Positions 49,801-63,963 of a DNA stretch of 64,000 nucleotides are shown one piece after another. The stretch spans positions 9,548,001-9,612,000 of the forward strand of contig OZ024746.1 in NCBI GenBank assembly GCA_964016885.1. The letters are read 5' to 3'. Position numbers and translations under genes: made by a program. This stretch comes from Eledone cirrhosa. Taxonomy: Eukaryota. A model generated the notes under the pieces. The model was not told the DNA's origin and did no database searches. It saw nothing but the letters and a program-made list of their open reading frames with translations. Each line of letters begins with the position of its first letter. The first letter of the stretch is position 1.

Positions 49801-52800
49801 TTGTCAATTTGTAGGCTAGAAAAAATAGAGTAGTGCCACCACTGCAATTTTACTGAGTACTATATCAACTTTGCACCTTAACATGCACTGAGTACTACTC
49901 AAACGTGTGGTCTTCCCAGTCCATGTACTGCAAACAATACTTTATTATATATATAAATGAAATAAACATTAAGACATATTACATAATCGTATTTATTGGA
50001 TTATACATATTTCAGTGACACCAGTGTGGAGCTGTTATGCAATAATTATAACAGCAACATGCACAAGTGGGACATCATCAGATGTTAACACAATTATGTG
50101 AGTTATGTTGCATGAAAATGCTTCCTTATTTTGCAAACGTCTGGTGTGTTGTATATATGTGTATATATATATAGAGAGAGAAAGTGAAAGAGAGTGGGAA
50201 TTAAAAATAAGGTTACATCATATCATAGATGCCTGTACTTACATCTAATATTAACCTGCACTATATAGATAAGCCATTGCATCCAGTGGGGTTGTATATT
50301 TCTTAGGAAATATTTCATTTCTGCTTCATCAGACTTTTGAACACACACTTATATATATGTGTGTGTATAACCAGTTGGTGATGAACAAATCGATCCCAAA
50401 TTCGAAGCTCATTGTAATTTATTAATGCTACTAGCTGGTCATTTATGAAACGTGTGTTACACATGATTACAAATACGTTAAATTGAGATTCCTATCTCTC
50501 CAAGCGTTAAACTAATATAATTCTTCCATTTACTGTGATGTTTGTTTTGTTATTTTGCTATTTCTGTTTACCTTTTACAAACACACACACACACACACAC
50601 ACATTTATCATCAAGTGTTGGACAAAACATTTTTTACACATACACTTACACATACACTTATGCATACACATACACATGATAAGCTTCATATACCTTCCAT
50701 CACAGAACATTTGCCAATCTGAAGCAAAAGTAGAAGACTCTTGCTCAAGGTGTCACACAGCATGATAGAACCTGGAAGCATGTGGTTGTGAAGCAAACTT
50801 TTTAATGACACAGGCAAGCCTATACAATACAGTCATATAAATACATTCACTTAGAACATATAGATATTACTGTGTGCTTTATACTTGTGCCCCTCTCTCT
50901 CTTTCTCACTCTCCATCTTCTTCATATTTTCATCTAAATGTCTAGATTAAACTATCTCATTTCTCTTACTAAATTCCTCGTCAACCTCTTCTGTCTCAGT
51001 TTGTCACTAACATATTCAAGATATCACAGTTAACAAGAAGTTAAGTATTCATTTATTCATATTTATCACAGAAGTATATTAAATAGATGCTATGAAACAC
51101 GACTTTATCTTTCTATTTTGCTGCTGGTATTAAATACATTAATGGTAATATTTGAAAGCTATATCCACTTCCTACTTGTCAGATACCATTTCTTACTCTG
51201 GTTTATATTATATTTATTACGCATACAGTGTCAATGAAACCTTGAATTAGTTCATAGAAAATTGAAACCAGTTAGATCAAGTCATATTTCAACGATTTAT
51301 ATAAATTCTAAAGTTCTTTGTTGTGTTTTGTTGCTGCTGTTGTATTTAAAATATGAAGGGATAGTGAGTTTAGCAAAAGAGTTTTCATAAGAACGGTAAA
51401 CAAATTAGTGCGATAATGTTGATAATGAATATAGAAGTCGATCATTTCTTTTACACATCAGCACACACCGGCATATTGGTAGATATCTTGTCATAATACA
51501 TCCTTCAAAATCTGTCGTGAATTAATTGAACTAGACTGTATTTCATTAGAAATACAGTCACAAAAAAAGTTTAAATTGCTTTCTTACAAACTTGAGGTCA
51601 AATCATAAATATCAACCTAAACTTCATTGTTAAGTAGATGACATTAGAGATATACTTGTTTCTAAGCTGAGAATTGGCTGCTAATTGTAACTATACAAAG
51701 AACACTTTCTTGAAGCAGTGGCCCTTATGATAGTTCGCTTGTGTGCTACAATGAAATGCTGAAGATACAGCTAGATCTGCCAGGCAAATAAGAAAATTAC
51801 GTTTGAAATATGTGAATTTGAAATGACACCAAAACTTTACAAAAAAATGAACCTATCATGCTCATGTTTTTCCGTTATAACTATGCTTGATTTATTATAT
51901 AAAGAAATAAGTACTTCAGTTTTTTCTCTGAAGTTTGTCACAAGTAAAATAGAATGTTTGGGAGCCCCTGCTTTAAAGTGCTAAGACAATTCCGACAGTT
52001 ATTTGAATTACAAAATGATGTCAAACTACTAATGTTCATGAAAATATATTTATGTTAGCTACATACTAGCTTGAATCTTTATTCTAGTTAGATTGATCAG
52101 AGGCTTTTGAAGTCAATGCATTTTATGTATTTAGCGTTATTATATACCAGTCTATATAATTAAACTTGTTTATTGCATATTTAATTGATTTATCTATATA
52201 TATTAGTTTGAGACATTGCCTTGGGAGCCTTGAGTGATTTCAGTTGACTATATATTGGGAAAGATGTAATTAATTATTTTTTCTTGAATCAAATTTGGAC
52301 TATATATATACATACATACACACACACACACATATATATATATTTGATTAATATATATTTCTTAATTTCTTATGAAGCAATAACATTAATGATGTTAATG
52401 GAAAATAAGTAAAAAAAAAAATCTCTTTAGCAGTAAAGAATATATTGATTGTGCCTGTATTAATATTTGTTAAGATTTATATAAACAAGATATAGATATG
52501 ATGTAACATTTGGTAAAATTTCAATTTCTCTGTTGATAATAAGTTAGCTAATATGATCATAAATGAAACTATCAGATTTACAGATCTAAGTATGACAGCT
52601 TTTGTATTCCAGCACTCGTATTGCTGATAGCAACAATAAAATAGTCTTCTCATTTTATCATATATAGAAGCAAACTTCTTATACATACACAATTCATTGA
52701 AAGTAAGATTAAAGCACTCATAATCATAATATAATTTTGCAAAATTGGATTCTAGTTATTTTATTTCATTTAATGTTTATTAGGTTGGTCTGGAGGAAAT

Positions 52801-52831
52801 GGCTGTGCAAAAAAACCTTTGTGTGTATGTG

Positions 52832-52862
<31 letters not shown>

Positions 52863-52999
52863 TAAATAACAGATTAAAGTTTAAGCAAAGAATCGCTGCT
52901 TTCACCCTTAACGGGATCTTCAGAAGATCCCGTTAAGGGTGAAAGCAATGATTCTTTGCTTAAACTTTAATCTGTTATTTTATATATATATATATATAT

Positions 53000-53232
53000 T
53001 CATTCAGTCCCATTGCTCTCTGTGGAGCACAGTCCCTTGACGACCCTCTGCTATCATACATGATCGTGGGCTGCTCTCACCACTCCACTCCAGTTGGCTT
53101 CCAGTCTTCTTAATTCAGCCTCAGTGTCACACCTCCAGCTGCCATAAGGCCAACCTCTCTTCCTCTTACCCTGCAGGTTCCAGGTCAGTGTGTGTGGTGT
53201 TGGATGCTGGTTTCCTGAGGATATATCCAATC
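53000..53232 (-). mobile_element. RTE-group LINE 3' remnant, third family
   Basis: Minus strand translates LTWNLQGKRKRGWPYGSWRCDTEAEL (the W.P.GKR.RGRP..W motif). Confidence 0.7.
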
Positions 53233-53402
53233 CTAAGAAACTCTTTACAGTCTCAGTTCAACTATGGAGCATCTATGCAGTCACTCAGTCAGCTAAAGAT
53301 ACCAACTAATAACCTTTAAAACACTTTTTAAAATATACACATTGGATAATGTAGTCGTAGATATCCCTGAAAAGATGGAGTTTGTTGGATTATAGATCTA
53401 AT

Positions 53403-53592
53403 TAATTGTTTCTACTTTTGGCACAAGGCCAGCAATTATCCCAGTGTATTACTGGTACTTTATTTTATCGACCCTGTAAGGATGAAAGGCAAAGTTAACC
53501 TCGGCGGGAATTGAACTCAGATCATAAAGAGCCGTAACTCTTTGCTGCAAAGCATGGCGTCTGACCCTCTACCGATACTGCCAATCCACACC
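53403..53592 (-). mobile_element. SINE family B with 18-bp TSD
   Basis: ATTATAGATCTAATTAAT at 53389-53406 and 53595-53612. Confidence 0.9.
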
Positions 53593-55236
53593 TTATTATA
53601 GATCTAATTAATAAGGTTTGACCTGGTACCAAAAGAACAACTACACTGAGTATCTATATTCTTTAAGATTATGATCCATTTTATAACCAAAATCTTTTAA
53701 AACAAGGTATATGCTTTAGGAATCATTGCCTTAGTCACAGATAGATATATATATATTGAGTACAATGTTTAGTTAGCTACAAGATACATTCATGCTATAA
53801 AAAGGTAGGTTTCATTATTTCCAATGCTTTCAACCTCTGAAATAACTACAATAATGTTAGTCAGCAAAAGTAAGCTATTATCCATGAACTTCTCAAAACG
53901 TTATCTAAACTAATTCTATTTTGTAACAACAGGTACAGTTTAAGAGTTGTAATCTAGACAAGAAATATCAAAATTAGAAGTGAATCTAGCTGGAAATAAT
54001 TATTATGCCACATAAATTTTAGAGTTAATTTCTTACTCAGAATAATTTAGTCTGTCACCATTTCTGATTAAACAACATTTGAAAAGGAAATACCTCAAAA
54101 ATAGGGTTCTAAGTTGCCTATATAAGTTGTTTCGATAATTTGGAGACTGCAAAAGCTCAATTTGAATATCCATAGTTTCATTTTCAGGCAACAGATTCTT
54201 TAGCAAGATACATAATTGTTAGGTTATGCAAAAAAAGTCTAGACTTACATTAAGCTAAATCTTACACAATGGCATAAAGTAGCTTATATTATAGCGAGTA
54301 AAAACCTTCAGTGTGTGTAAGTAAAGAAATTACAAAAAAAACATTTAAGGTTTTGTCATCTATAAATGCAAAGCTCTCTATCTCTCTCGCTCTCTCTCTA
54401 TCTATCTATCTCTCTCTCTCTCTGTCACTCTCTCTCTCTAGTAAAAACTCGTATAGTTTGTTGCATCGTAGTATTCAATTCTTGCTTAGAAAACTCTGCT
54501 TACTTCTGATTTTTTTTCTTTTTCTCTTTTCTAATAAATGTCAAATCAATGTGTGTGGGGATATGTAAGTTTTATTGCTATTTATAACAGCAAATATCAT
54601 ATCTTCATTTCTTGGTGATGCACTTAGAGGTAAGACTTAATTCGTTTGGATGTAATAATAGAAAAAACTATCAAATATCTTATATGTTATACATTGCCCT
54701 ATAAAAAATAAAATAGATGCTATATTTTTTGGAACAAGCTTTCAAAAATGAATCGTGGGAAGGGTTAATTACATTATTTCAGTGATAAATTGAGTATGAT
54801 GCCAATGTCAGGTATGTTATAATATATCATAACATGATACCACCCAAAGAAGATTTACTATATCTGTAACACAATGTTTAATAAAATAAAAAATCCTATG
54901 CAAGAAAATAAAAACATTTAGTTGGGCAGGAAAATATGTTAGGTCAGAGTAAATTAATGGATGAACACAATAAGCTATGATGTTCAACCAAAATATTGGA
55001 TGAGAGATTATATATACACACACAAATGAGAATATATGTGTGTATGTACGATGTATATATCATCTTCATTTAACATCCATTTTCCCTGCTAGCAAGAGTT
55101 GCATGGGACATCACAGACTGTCAGTACTCAAGCAGAGCTATTGACTTCATAGATGAGCCAAGAACCTTCATCTTGCTTACATATCTTACTATGCTCTACC
55201 AAGTATTTCATCAGGCTCCAGCACTAGGGATATAGT

Positions 55237-55705
55237 CATCATCATCACTGTTTTACGTCTGTTCTTCCACGCTAGCATGGGTTAGACAGGTTGTTCTGTT
55301 GTGGGCAGTGTCAAGTCAGCTGACCTTATCTTGCTTATACGGGAACTGATTCTGGCTTGATTTCTACAGCTGGATGCCCTTCCTAACACCAACCTCATTT
55401 ACAGTGTGGGCTGGGTGCTTTGTTGCCGTGGCACCTCCATGACCACTTTGCAGTGGTGGGGGGGGCATATTGTCTATATGCTTCAGCTTCAGCTTGTACC
55501 CGTGGGAAGTTGGCTCTTCTGTATTAGTGCGTGACACCAGAGGTCGCGGTTGTGTGTCATCGTCCTTGAGAGGTGCAATTGGGTAAGATCGGCTTTTATC
55601 TCCTCATCCCAGGTCTTCTTGGGTCTCACCACTCCGCAGCTTCCATCAACTTTTAGTGCTCTGCACCTTTTTATGCAGCTGTCATCTTTCATACGCATCA
55701 CATGT
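55237..55705 (-). mobile_element. 5'-truncated RTE LINE
   Basis: ORF 55489-55701 MRMKDDSCIKRCRALKVDGSCGVVRPKKTWDEEIKAD, plus 3' UTR and (GAT)n tail. Confidence 0.9.
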
Positions 55706-56699
55706 CTTTGGTATAATGTATTATAAGTATTATAAGTGGATTTGGCATAAGGAAACTGTGTGGAAGCCCATTGTTTGCATGCATGTATGTGTTTGTGTAT
55801 ATATCATCACATCCAAAACACCACAAAGATGATAAATATCTGCCATACTGAAAAATATGGGTTAGTGGCAGGAAGGGGATTTAGTTGTATAAAGTGGAAC
55901 ATTCTATATTTATCCTTAATATCCCTGACAGGAGAATTTCACATTTAAGCTAATTAATGTAGGAGATATATTCTCCTGTGTGCAATATCCTTTCAGGCCA
56001 ATAAATACGCAAAGAAGACACCCACACATGTATTTCATACAGCAGCAGCTCAATTTCTTCAAATAATTTTCACCTCATGATTTTAGACATGCGTTTGTAA
56101 ATTGTTACTAGTATTACTGAAAAGTGAATAAATAAGTATATAAATAAATATATAAATAAATAAATATATAAATAAATAAATGTATAAATATATAATAAAT
56201 GAATAAATAATGGAAGTGACTAATCAAATAAACTGTTGTAGCTTCCATATTCATTTGAAGCCATTCCAGTTAGGATTAATCATTAACTGCTGAGGAAATA
56301 TTCATGTAATTTCTCCATCAGATTAAATTTACTCCTTTAACTGATGCATTCTATATCCAATTGATGGAGGATGAATTTTTCACACCTGTTAATGGATTTT
56401 TATAGTTTTGCCAATTGTCCTTACAGGAAATGCAGCATTCCTTCCTTCTTAACACATTTCCCCCAACAGTCACCAGTTCTGAAAAGCCAACTGAGAATAA
56501 AAGGCAACATATTTAACATTGAAAAGGAATAAATTATATTAAGCTTAAGCTCTAGATATGTATCCTTTACTTAATTGTGGATAAATCTATCACTTATTAT
56601 TTGCGTGCTTCAAAACTGGTTATTAGTGTGGGTGGTATCTGATTGAAACAATGTAGAGAAGTGTTTATAAAAGTAAACTAGACCTCTCTCTCTCACTTG

Positions 56700-56743
<44 letters not shown>

Positions 56744-58304
56744 TTATCTATCTATCTCTCTCTCTCTCTCCTGTATATCATTAAGTTTTCTATTGCTGAC
56801 TCATTTACTGGTTTTAGTCATTGAACTGTGGCCATACCGGGGCATTACCTTGAGAGGTTTAGTCAACCATATCAACCATAGTAGATATTTTAAAGTCTGG
56901 TAGATATTTTATTGATCTCTATTTTGTTGAACTGCTAAGTTAAGAGAAACAAACAAATAGCATTGACTTTTAAATTGTCAGCACAATGACAGACATGAAA
57001 ACAGTCACACCTATATACACATACACACATACACAGATACTCAAATATAGACACATACATTTAAACACACATATATACACAGAATCTGTGTATGCATGAG
57101 TGAGTGTTTGTGTATGAACTCAGGTATGGTTGAATGATTAAGGAGTTTTCTTTTCAATTGTGAGGTCACAGGTTTGATCCCATAGCATGTCATCTTGAGC
57201 AAGTGTTTTTACCATAGTTTCAAGTTCACCCAAGCCATGTGAATGCAACTGAGTAGATGAAACTGTATGGAAGTCTGTCTAATGGATTATACCTGATATG
57301 AATATCACTCTGATTCAGCTTGGGAAATACATTATAAACATCAATGGGTTGCAGACCCCCGACTTCTCTGGTAAGTCAGTAGCCCCCCAACTTCAATACT
57401 GACTTCAATATTGAAGCATACTTGCTTCATTTGTTTCTAGCATTCAGAGGTATTTTACAGTCAAGGCACATGTCTCACTGACATGTAGCATACCAGTTCA
57501 CATGCAGGCCTCATACAGTACCCTTCCCTCTCAGAAACCCTTTGTTGTCAACAGAAGTACATACTCCCTAATCTTCTCCCAGCCTATCCTTAATTTAGCT
57601 ATCACACATTTAGAGCATCCTCTCTCACTGCTGATTAGGTCACCTAAGTAACAAACACTGTCAACATCTTAGGAGACCTCCAATCAATTGAGGGAATTTA
57701 TTTCATGGTGCCCTTAGTGGTTACTTCCTCTGTGCATCTGCTGCATACAAAGTATATCTTTTCCTTTAACCTATCAGTAATCCCACTATATCTCTTGTCT
57801 CCATAGTTAAAACATTAATGAAGTTCTACTTACTCCTTTTCAAATATCAAACAAAGCCACTGTTTTTATGTCTACACTGTTTAGAAACTATGCCTAAAAG
57901 TACTGAGATGAATTTTCAGTTGTGTCAAGGATACAACAAACTCTCTAGTATTGGTGACACAATAAATCCACCCAGGACACTCCGTAAAGTAGTTTGTGAT
58001 GGAAGGACCACCCAACCATAGAAAACCTTCCAAACAGTGTTAGGTGGACTTTGTGTCAGGTGGACTTTGTGTCAAAGATATGGCAACCTCCCTAGTGGGG
58101 ATGTCTCAATAAAATGCACTTAGTGCACCCTATAAAGTGTGGGAACATTTGTAAGAAAGTTCCACCTCACCCCCAACCCAGTCGATCTGTGAGGTCAGTA
58201 GCAATGAATCATCTAACCCTTGCTAGCAAAGAGAATGGCTGCTAAATGATGATGATGATTGATATATAAACACATTATATACTCTCTCTCTCTATATATA
58301 TATA

Positions 58305-58430
58305 TCATCATCATCATCATCATCATTTTACGTCCGCTTTTCCCTGCTTGCAAGGGTGGGACGGGAACTGATTCTGGCTTGATTTCTACAGCTGGATGCC
58401 CTTCCTAACACCAACCTCATTTACAGTGAG
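58305..58430 (-). mobile_element. SINE family A, 3' fragment
   Basis: Matches the last about 125 bp of family A. Confidence 0.85.
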
Positions 58431-58487
<57 letters not shown>

Positions 58488-58520
58488 CCCCCCCCCCCCC
58501 CACACACACACACATTCATA

Positions 58521-58551
<31 letters not shown>

Positions 58552-60629
58552 GTATTTATTTGTATTATGAGTATTACTATCGAAATGAGAATTACTCAAC
58601 CAATAAATACATAAATGGTGTGTTCTCTGTCAGCTGGCTATTGAAACATTAAGGAATACAATAGAGATATAGCATCTATGTCTGAAATTTCTAAAGTATA
58701 CATACATAGAAACAGACAAATATACTCCAAGTCAGTTATATTCAACACAATATAAATTACATTCTAAACTTACATCAACAGAATAAGATGTGATAACAAT
58801 CTGTTTCTTCATGAAAAATGACTTTATACCTTATTACTACTGTTTGCTTTACATCCTCAAACAATGCCTTTCATTCTCCTAGCTTTGACTTGGTTTAATA
58901 GCTTGACAAAGACTTTAACAATAATATTTAGTCGTTAAGAAATTTATGGCTAGTTTATATGCAACAATGTAGGATAATTATATCAATAAGGTTAAATATC
59001 GAAATGTCTGAGATGACTTATTGTTAAAACTGTTATTTTTCAGAATGTCAGCTTATCTTTGTAAATGTAGATGACCCAGTGGATAGGGTGTTGGAGTCAT
59101 GAATGTAGGGCTGTACGTTCAATCCCCAGACTAGCCAGCATGATGTGTGCTTGAACAGAACACTTCATTTCAAGTTGTTCTCATCCACTCAACTGAACAA
59201 GGAATATCAGCAGTAGCTGAGGTTTAACCTTGCAATGAACTAGCATCCCATTCAAGAGAGTCATATTTTCAGTCACTAAACATTAAATAAGTTTTGGCCT
59301 TACCTTAATCTTTACAGATAAAACACCGACACCAGGGCAGTGGATCAGAAGTATTGCTAGTGTGTTGGACAAAATGCTTTGTGGTATTCAATTGTATTTT
59401 TTTTTTACATGCTGAGTTCAAATCTTGCTAAAGTCAATTTTGCCTTTCATCCTTCCATAGTCAATACTAGTTAAGAACTGTTGTCAATATAATCGAATTT
59501 CTCCTTCCACCAAATTCCTGGCTTTGTGCCAATCTTACAAAGAATATTTACATCTAAATTATTTGGTTTGATATCTGATTGTTAATGGATATATTATTCT
59601 TAGATGTGTAAATATTATCAGACTTGACTTAGACTAGGAAACTTCATATCTAAACTAAGGAACAATCCTATTATTCACTTTAATACGGATACATGTATAT
59701 CATGTATATTTAATATTAAATTCTGATTGTTTTTTCGCCAAGTGTTATATTAAATGCTCCTTTTTTTAATGAAGTTTATGCTATGGTTGTGTATGAACTA
59801 TGTAAATTTTATACCCAGCATTATATGATTTCCTTTACACAATCATATACGGATAGCCATTTCTGACTCATCTGTTTCTTCTCACATTAAGGCTGTCCTT
59901 AGTGAAAAATATATTGAAATAACTTTCTTAACATTGTCTTCTAAATAGTTTCCACTTAAACATGTAACATTAAATGTGCATATATCAGTGAGAGAGAGTA
60001 TAATAACATGATTATTCCTAGTTTAGAAATAAAGATTCATTGTTCAAACTTAGTCTAATAGTATATAAACATCTAAGAATGACCAGAGACAAAATTGATT
60101 AAAAAGATAGGTCATAAAAATACCTCAGAAACCTTCTATGAGATTGAACATTATAGGAGGCCAACTAAACCTGCAAGGTGCGGAATTCAACAAGAATGCA
60201 ATGCTATTAATGTAAATTTTGTAAATATTCTTTAGTGTGATAATAACTTAAAATAGATACTTTACAAAATACAAATAAAACTTAATCTATTTTATAAACA
60301 TATTCTCACACATTCTTGTTTATTTGGCATTTTCTTTTCTTTCTTTCTTCTAATAATCACCTGGTTGTGTCTGTAAATGTAGATGCTTTTCATGTTCTTT
60401 GAAGAATTCTTTAAGTTCAACAAGCTGATTTTAATTTGTTTGAACTATGAAGAAAATAGACCTACAAAACAATTTGAACTAATTTACAATATCTGTTAGT
60501 AACTTGAAATTTTATAAATGAAAATTTTCTTTTTAAATGTGCTTAAAAGTAATTTCTGATGAGATAATAGTAGTGGAAAAAAATTAGTACTAAATTTGAA
60601 CAATTATATTTATCATATGTATCATATGT

Positions 60630-61069
60630 GAAGGTGCATGGCTTAGTGGTTAGAGCATTCGGCTTGCAATTGGAAGGTTGTGAGTTCAATTCTCAGACTG
60701 GATGATGTGTTGTTCCCTTAAGCAAGACACTTTATTTCCCATTGCTCCAGTTTACTCAGCTGTAGAAATGAGATGATAGGACTGGGGCCCCTATCATTTC
60801 ACTGCAAAGTGGTCATGGAGGTGCCACGGCAAAAAAGCACCCAGCCCACACTGTAAAATGGACGTGTAGGCACCACGGAAAAAAAGCATCCAGCACTCAT
60901 TGTAAATGAGGTTGATGTTAGGAAGAGCATCTAGCTGTAGAAATCAAGCCAGAATCAGTTCCCGTATGAGCAAGATATGGTCAACCAACTGGACATTGCC
61001 CACAACAGAACAACCTGTCTAACCCATACTAGCATGGAAGAACGGGCGTAAAAAGGTGATGATGATGAT
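60630..61069 (+). mobile_element. SINE family A variant carrying the undeleted RTE 3' tail
   Basis: Family A head and CORE-like domain, but the tail continues TATGAGCAAGATATGGTCAACC...AACCCATACTAGCATGGAAGAACGGGCGTAAAA, as in the RTE copy at 49341-49800. Confidence 0.88.
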
Positions 61070-63897
61070 CAAGATGATAATAATGATAATGGTTTCTACT
61101 TTTGGCACTAAGCCAGCAATTTGAGGGGATTGGAAAAGTCAATTGAATCTATCCCAGTGCATTACTGGTACTTTACTTTATTGACCCCATAAGGATGAAA
61201 GGTAATTTAGCTACAGATAATAGATTGTTACTTTTCAGGACTGCATTCTACTATATATTTTGTAGGTTACTTTAAAATTTTTATTTCAAGGTAAGAATCT
61301 TATTGAATATTATATCATAGGCTTTTATATATATATATGTGTGTGTGTGTGCGTGTGTGTGTGTGTGTGTGTGCGTGTGTGTGTGTATGTGTCCTATTCA
61401 ATAGGATCTATAGTAGAATGCAGTCCTGAAAAGAAGCATAATCCACTATCTGTAGCTAAATCTGGAAACCCTGGTTAAGTCTAACACACCACTTAGTTTT
61501 ACATCACTACTTGATCCTTAAGTGCCTTTAATAAAGGTCAATGTTGAAAGCCTCCACACCAAACGTATGATTTCCTTTTACCTACAGATGTCCAAGCAAA
61601 ATATTGGTCATATCTATCTGAGAAATCTTGAAGGCCTTGAAAAAGTCATGAGATACAACTAACTTATTAAAATAAACAATTCATAATTGGGATTACAACA
61701 CACAAAGGCTTTTTAGTTCATCTACCTTGCTACCCTACGTGATAACAGCTTTGAAATTCTGTTTAATGGGGCCATGAGGCAACATTCAACTTAGGTTTTG
61801 TATATCAGAGAGGCAGAATAAGTGAATGTAATAAACTTTCATTGGTTGATTCGTTTTGTTACCATTGGACCCTATATACATAGTTAGCTATCTAGTTAAG
61901 TGCTTTTCTACCTCTCACATTATCAGGTTTAATAATATACAATCATTGAATTATGATTCAATGAAACATATTCCAGCTAGCTCCATAGAAGCAGGTTCAA
62001 CTCCTAGTTCATAGTTTTAAGCTTTACTAAAGTGATGACATCCAGCTGTAAAATTTACTAATTTAGTTATATGTAATAGTAAGCATTTTCAAACTTATTC
62101 CATCCGTAAATTCATGACAAAAATAAATGTTAGACAGAGCAGAACAAAACAAAATGCATATTGTAATCTGTTATACCTATTATGTGTATGATCAATACTG
62201 TTAATAGAAAGTATTGTTTAAATACAACATAACAGACATTGCATAATCTATTCACTATTGTGAAAAAAATATTAATATACTTTTATATTAAAATGTCATT
62301 ATACAAAATGTACATCATATTATTCTTTAAAATAATATACAAAATCCTAATAGGCAATAACTTAGAATATTGTATAATAGATTATTTAAGAATAATGCAA
62401 CATATTGTATTCAGAAAAAGGAACAAATTTCATTTTATGAAATATTTAATATCAGGGAAGAATATGAGACATAAAATAATATTTCGTTCAAAAAGTTTCA
62501 TTATTATATATATATATGATAAGTCAATTAATTGAGAACTAAACATGGGTTTTAAACACAGAAAGATAATTATTTATTTAAACATCACACTTAATATTCT
62601 CAGCAAAAGAGAAAAATTACTTTTAATTGCTGATTACTAAAAATTACTCTCTGCAAGTCCCATGTCTAATTGAAACCAGCAAAAATGCAATATCATTTTA
62701 GATATTTGAAAAGCAAAGTGATAATTGAAAAGAAATTATCTTTCAACTTAATTCAAATAATTTCTATACAATTCAATTGTTATTCTTTAGAGAATTAATT
62801 TTGTTTTCATTTAATTTCAGCTATCCATGTAGCAAAATGTAATCAAACTGTAAATCAACTCCTTATGGAATGAAGCAAGATGGCTTTTCCATATATGTTT
62901 TCTTTCTTCATTTATTTTTAATAGTAGCTGAAATTTGGATTGCAATCATTTATGATATCTATATAAATATTTTATTTTATTTTATTCATCATGTGTCAAA
63001 TAAAAAGTCCATACCATTTCTAAAATATTTGATAGACAGTGAGAGAATAATTATTTAAATAATATATAAGGCTGCTACAGCAAGATATTTTCTTTCTATG
63101 TCAGAAAGTACACAGGTTGTATGGTACAGTTATAAGAGATATATGATTCTATAAAGTAGAATAAAATGTGGGCAGTAAAAGCTGAATAGGGATAATTTAT
63201 AATAAAGTAAATATCAGAGAAAAATTCAAAGATTTTTTAAGAAAGCAAGAAAATGAATACAGCTTGCTGAGAAAAAACATGATTCCCTAAAGCAGTATTT
63301 GTGTTTTTGTCATCGCAATTTGTAGATAAACACTTGAAAAATCACAGTACAATGAATTCAGTTTATTTGAAAGAGTTTTACTTCAAAACAGTGGTTATAA
63401 CACCTTTTGTTTCTTATCACATCTACATAGTTTTTTTAATTACTCAGAAGAGTCATTTTAATCATTTAATTCTCAATGTCCTGTATCACATGAAACTGCA
63501 TTAGCTAGACATTCTTTGAGAAATATAAAACAGCATTATGACTGCATCACACAAAACATTACGTCATTACTGGAAAATGTTTATAATGATCTGTCCATTA
63601 GTAAAGTTACTATAAGCAAATGAATTATAAAACCTGTTTTTAGACATTTTCTGCTTACAGGATGTTCAAAGTTAAGGACACACACAAAAGTTGGTTGCTC
63701 CAGATTAAAAGACAAACTTTTAATAACTCTTTATTATATATATGTGAGATAATATATATATATGCAGACGTTATATTTAATTTGTTAGGATTCAACAAGC
63801 TTAAACATTTTTATAACTGATATAAAGCACTCAACAGTTTAGTGGATTAAATACACAATATATTAATAAATGGAAACTATATTTATAAAACCATATT

Positions 63898-63963
63898 TAT
63901 TTTATTATATATATTTCAAGGGCAACCAAGACAAATTATGGTGCGCTTTCATCAGATAAAATA
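63898..63963 (-). ncRNA. Type I hammerhead ribozyme, second family
   Basis: Minus strand reads TATTTTAT - CTGATGA - AAGcGCACCA taatttgtct TGGtTGCcCTT - GAAA - TATATA - TA - ATAAAATA. Stem I is a perfect 8 bp, and the core and stem III are like the 44.3-kb copy. Confidence 0.78.

Noticed and set aside
55985-55993. Perfect ATATCCTTT U12 donor consensus
   Set aside because: It lies downstream of the AC acceptor and has no recognisable exon before it.
63660-63750. TTACAG|G ATG TTC... as the next Cav3 exon
   Set aside because: The phase would fit, but the peptide (MFKVKDTHKSWLL) has no similarity to the IS3-S4 region.
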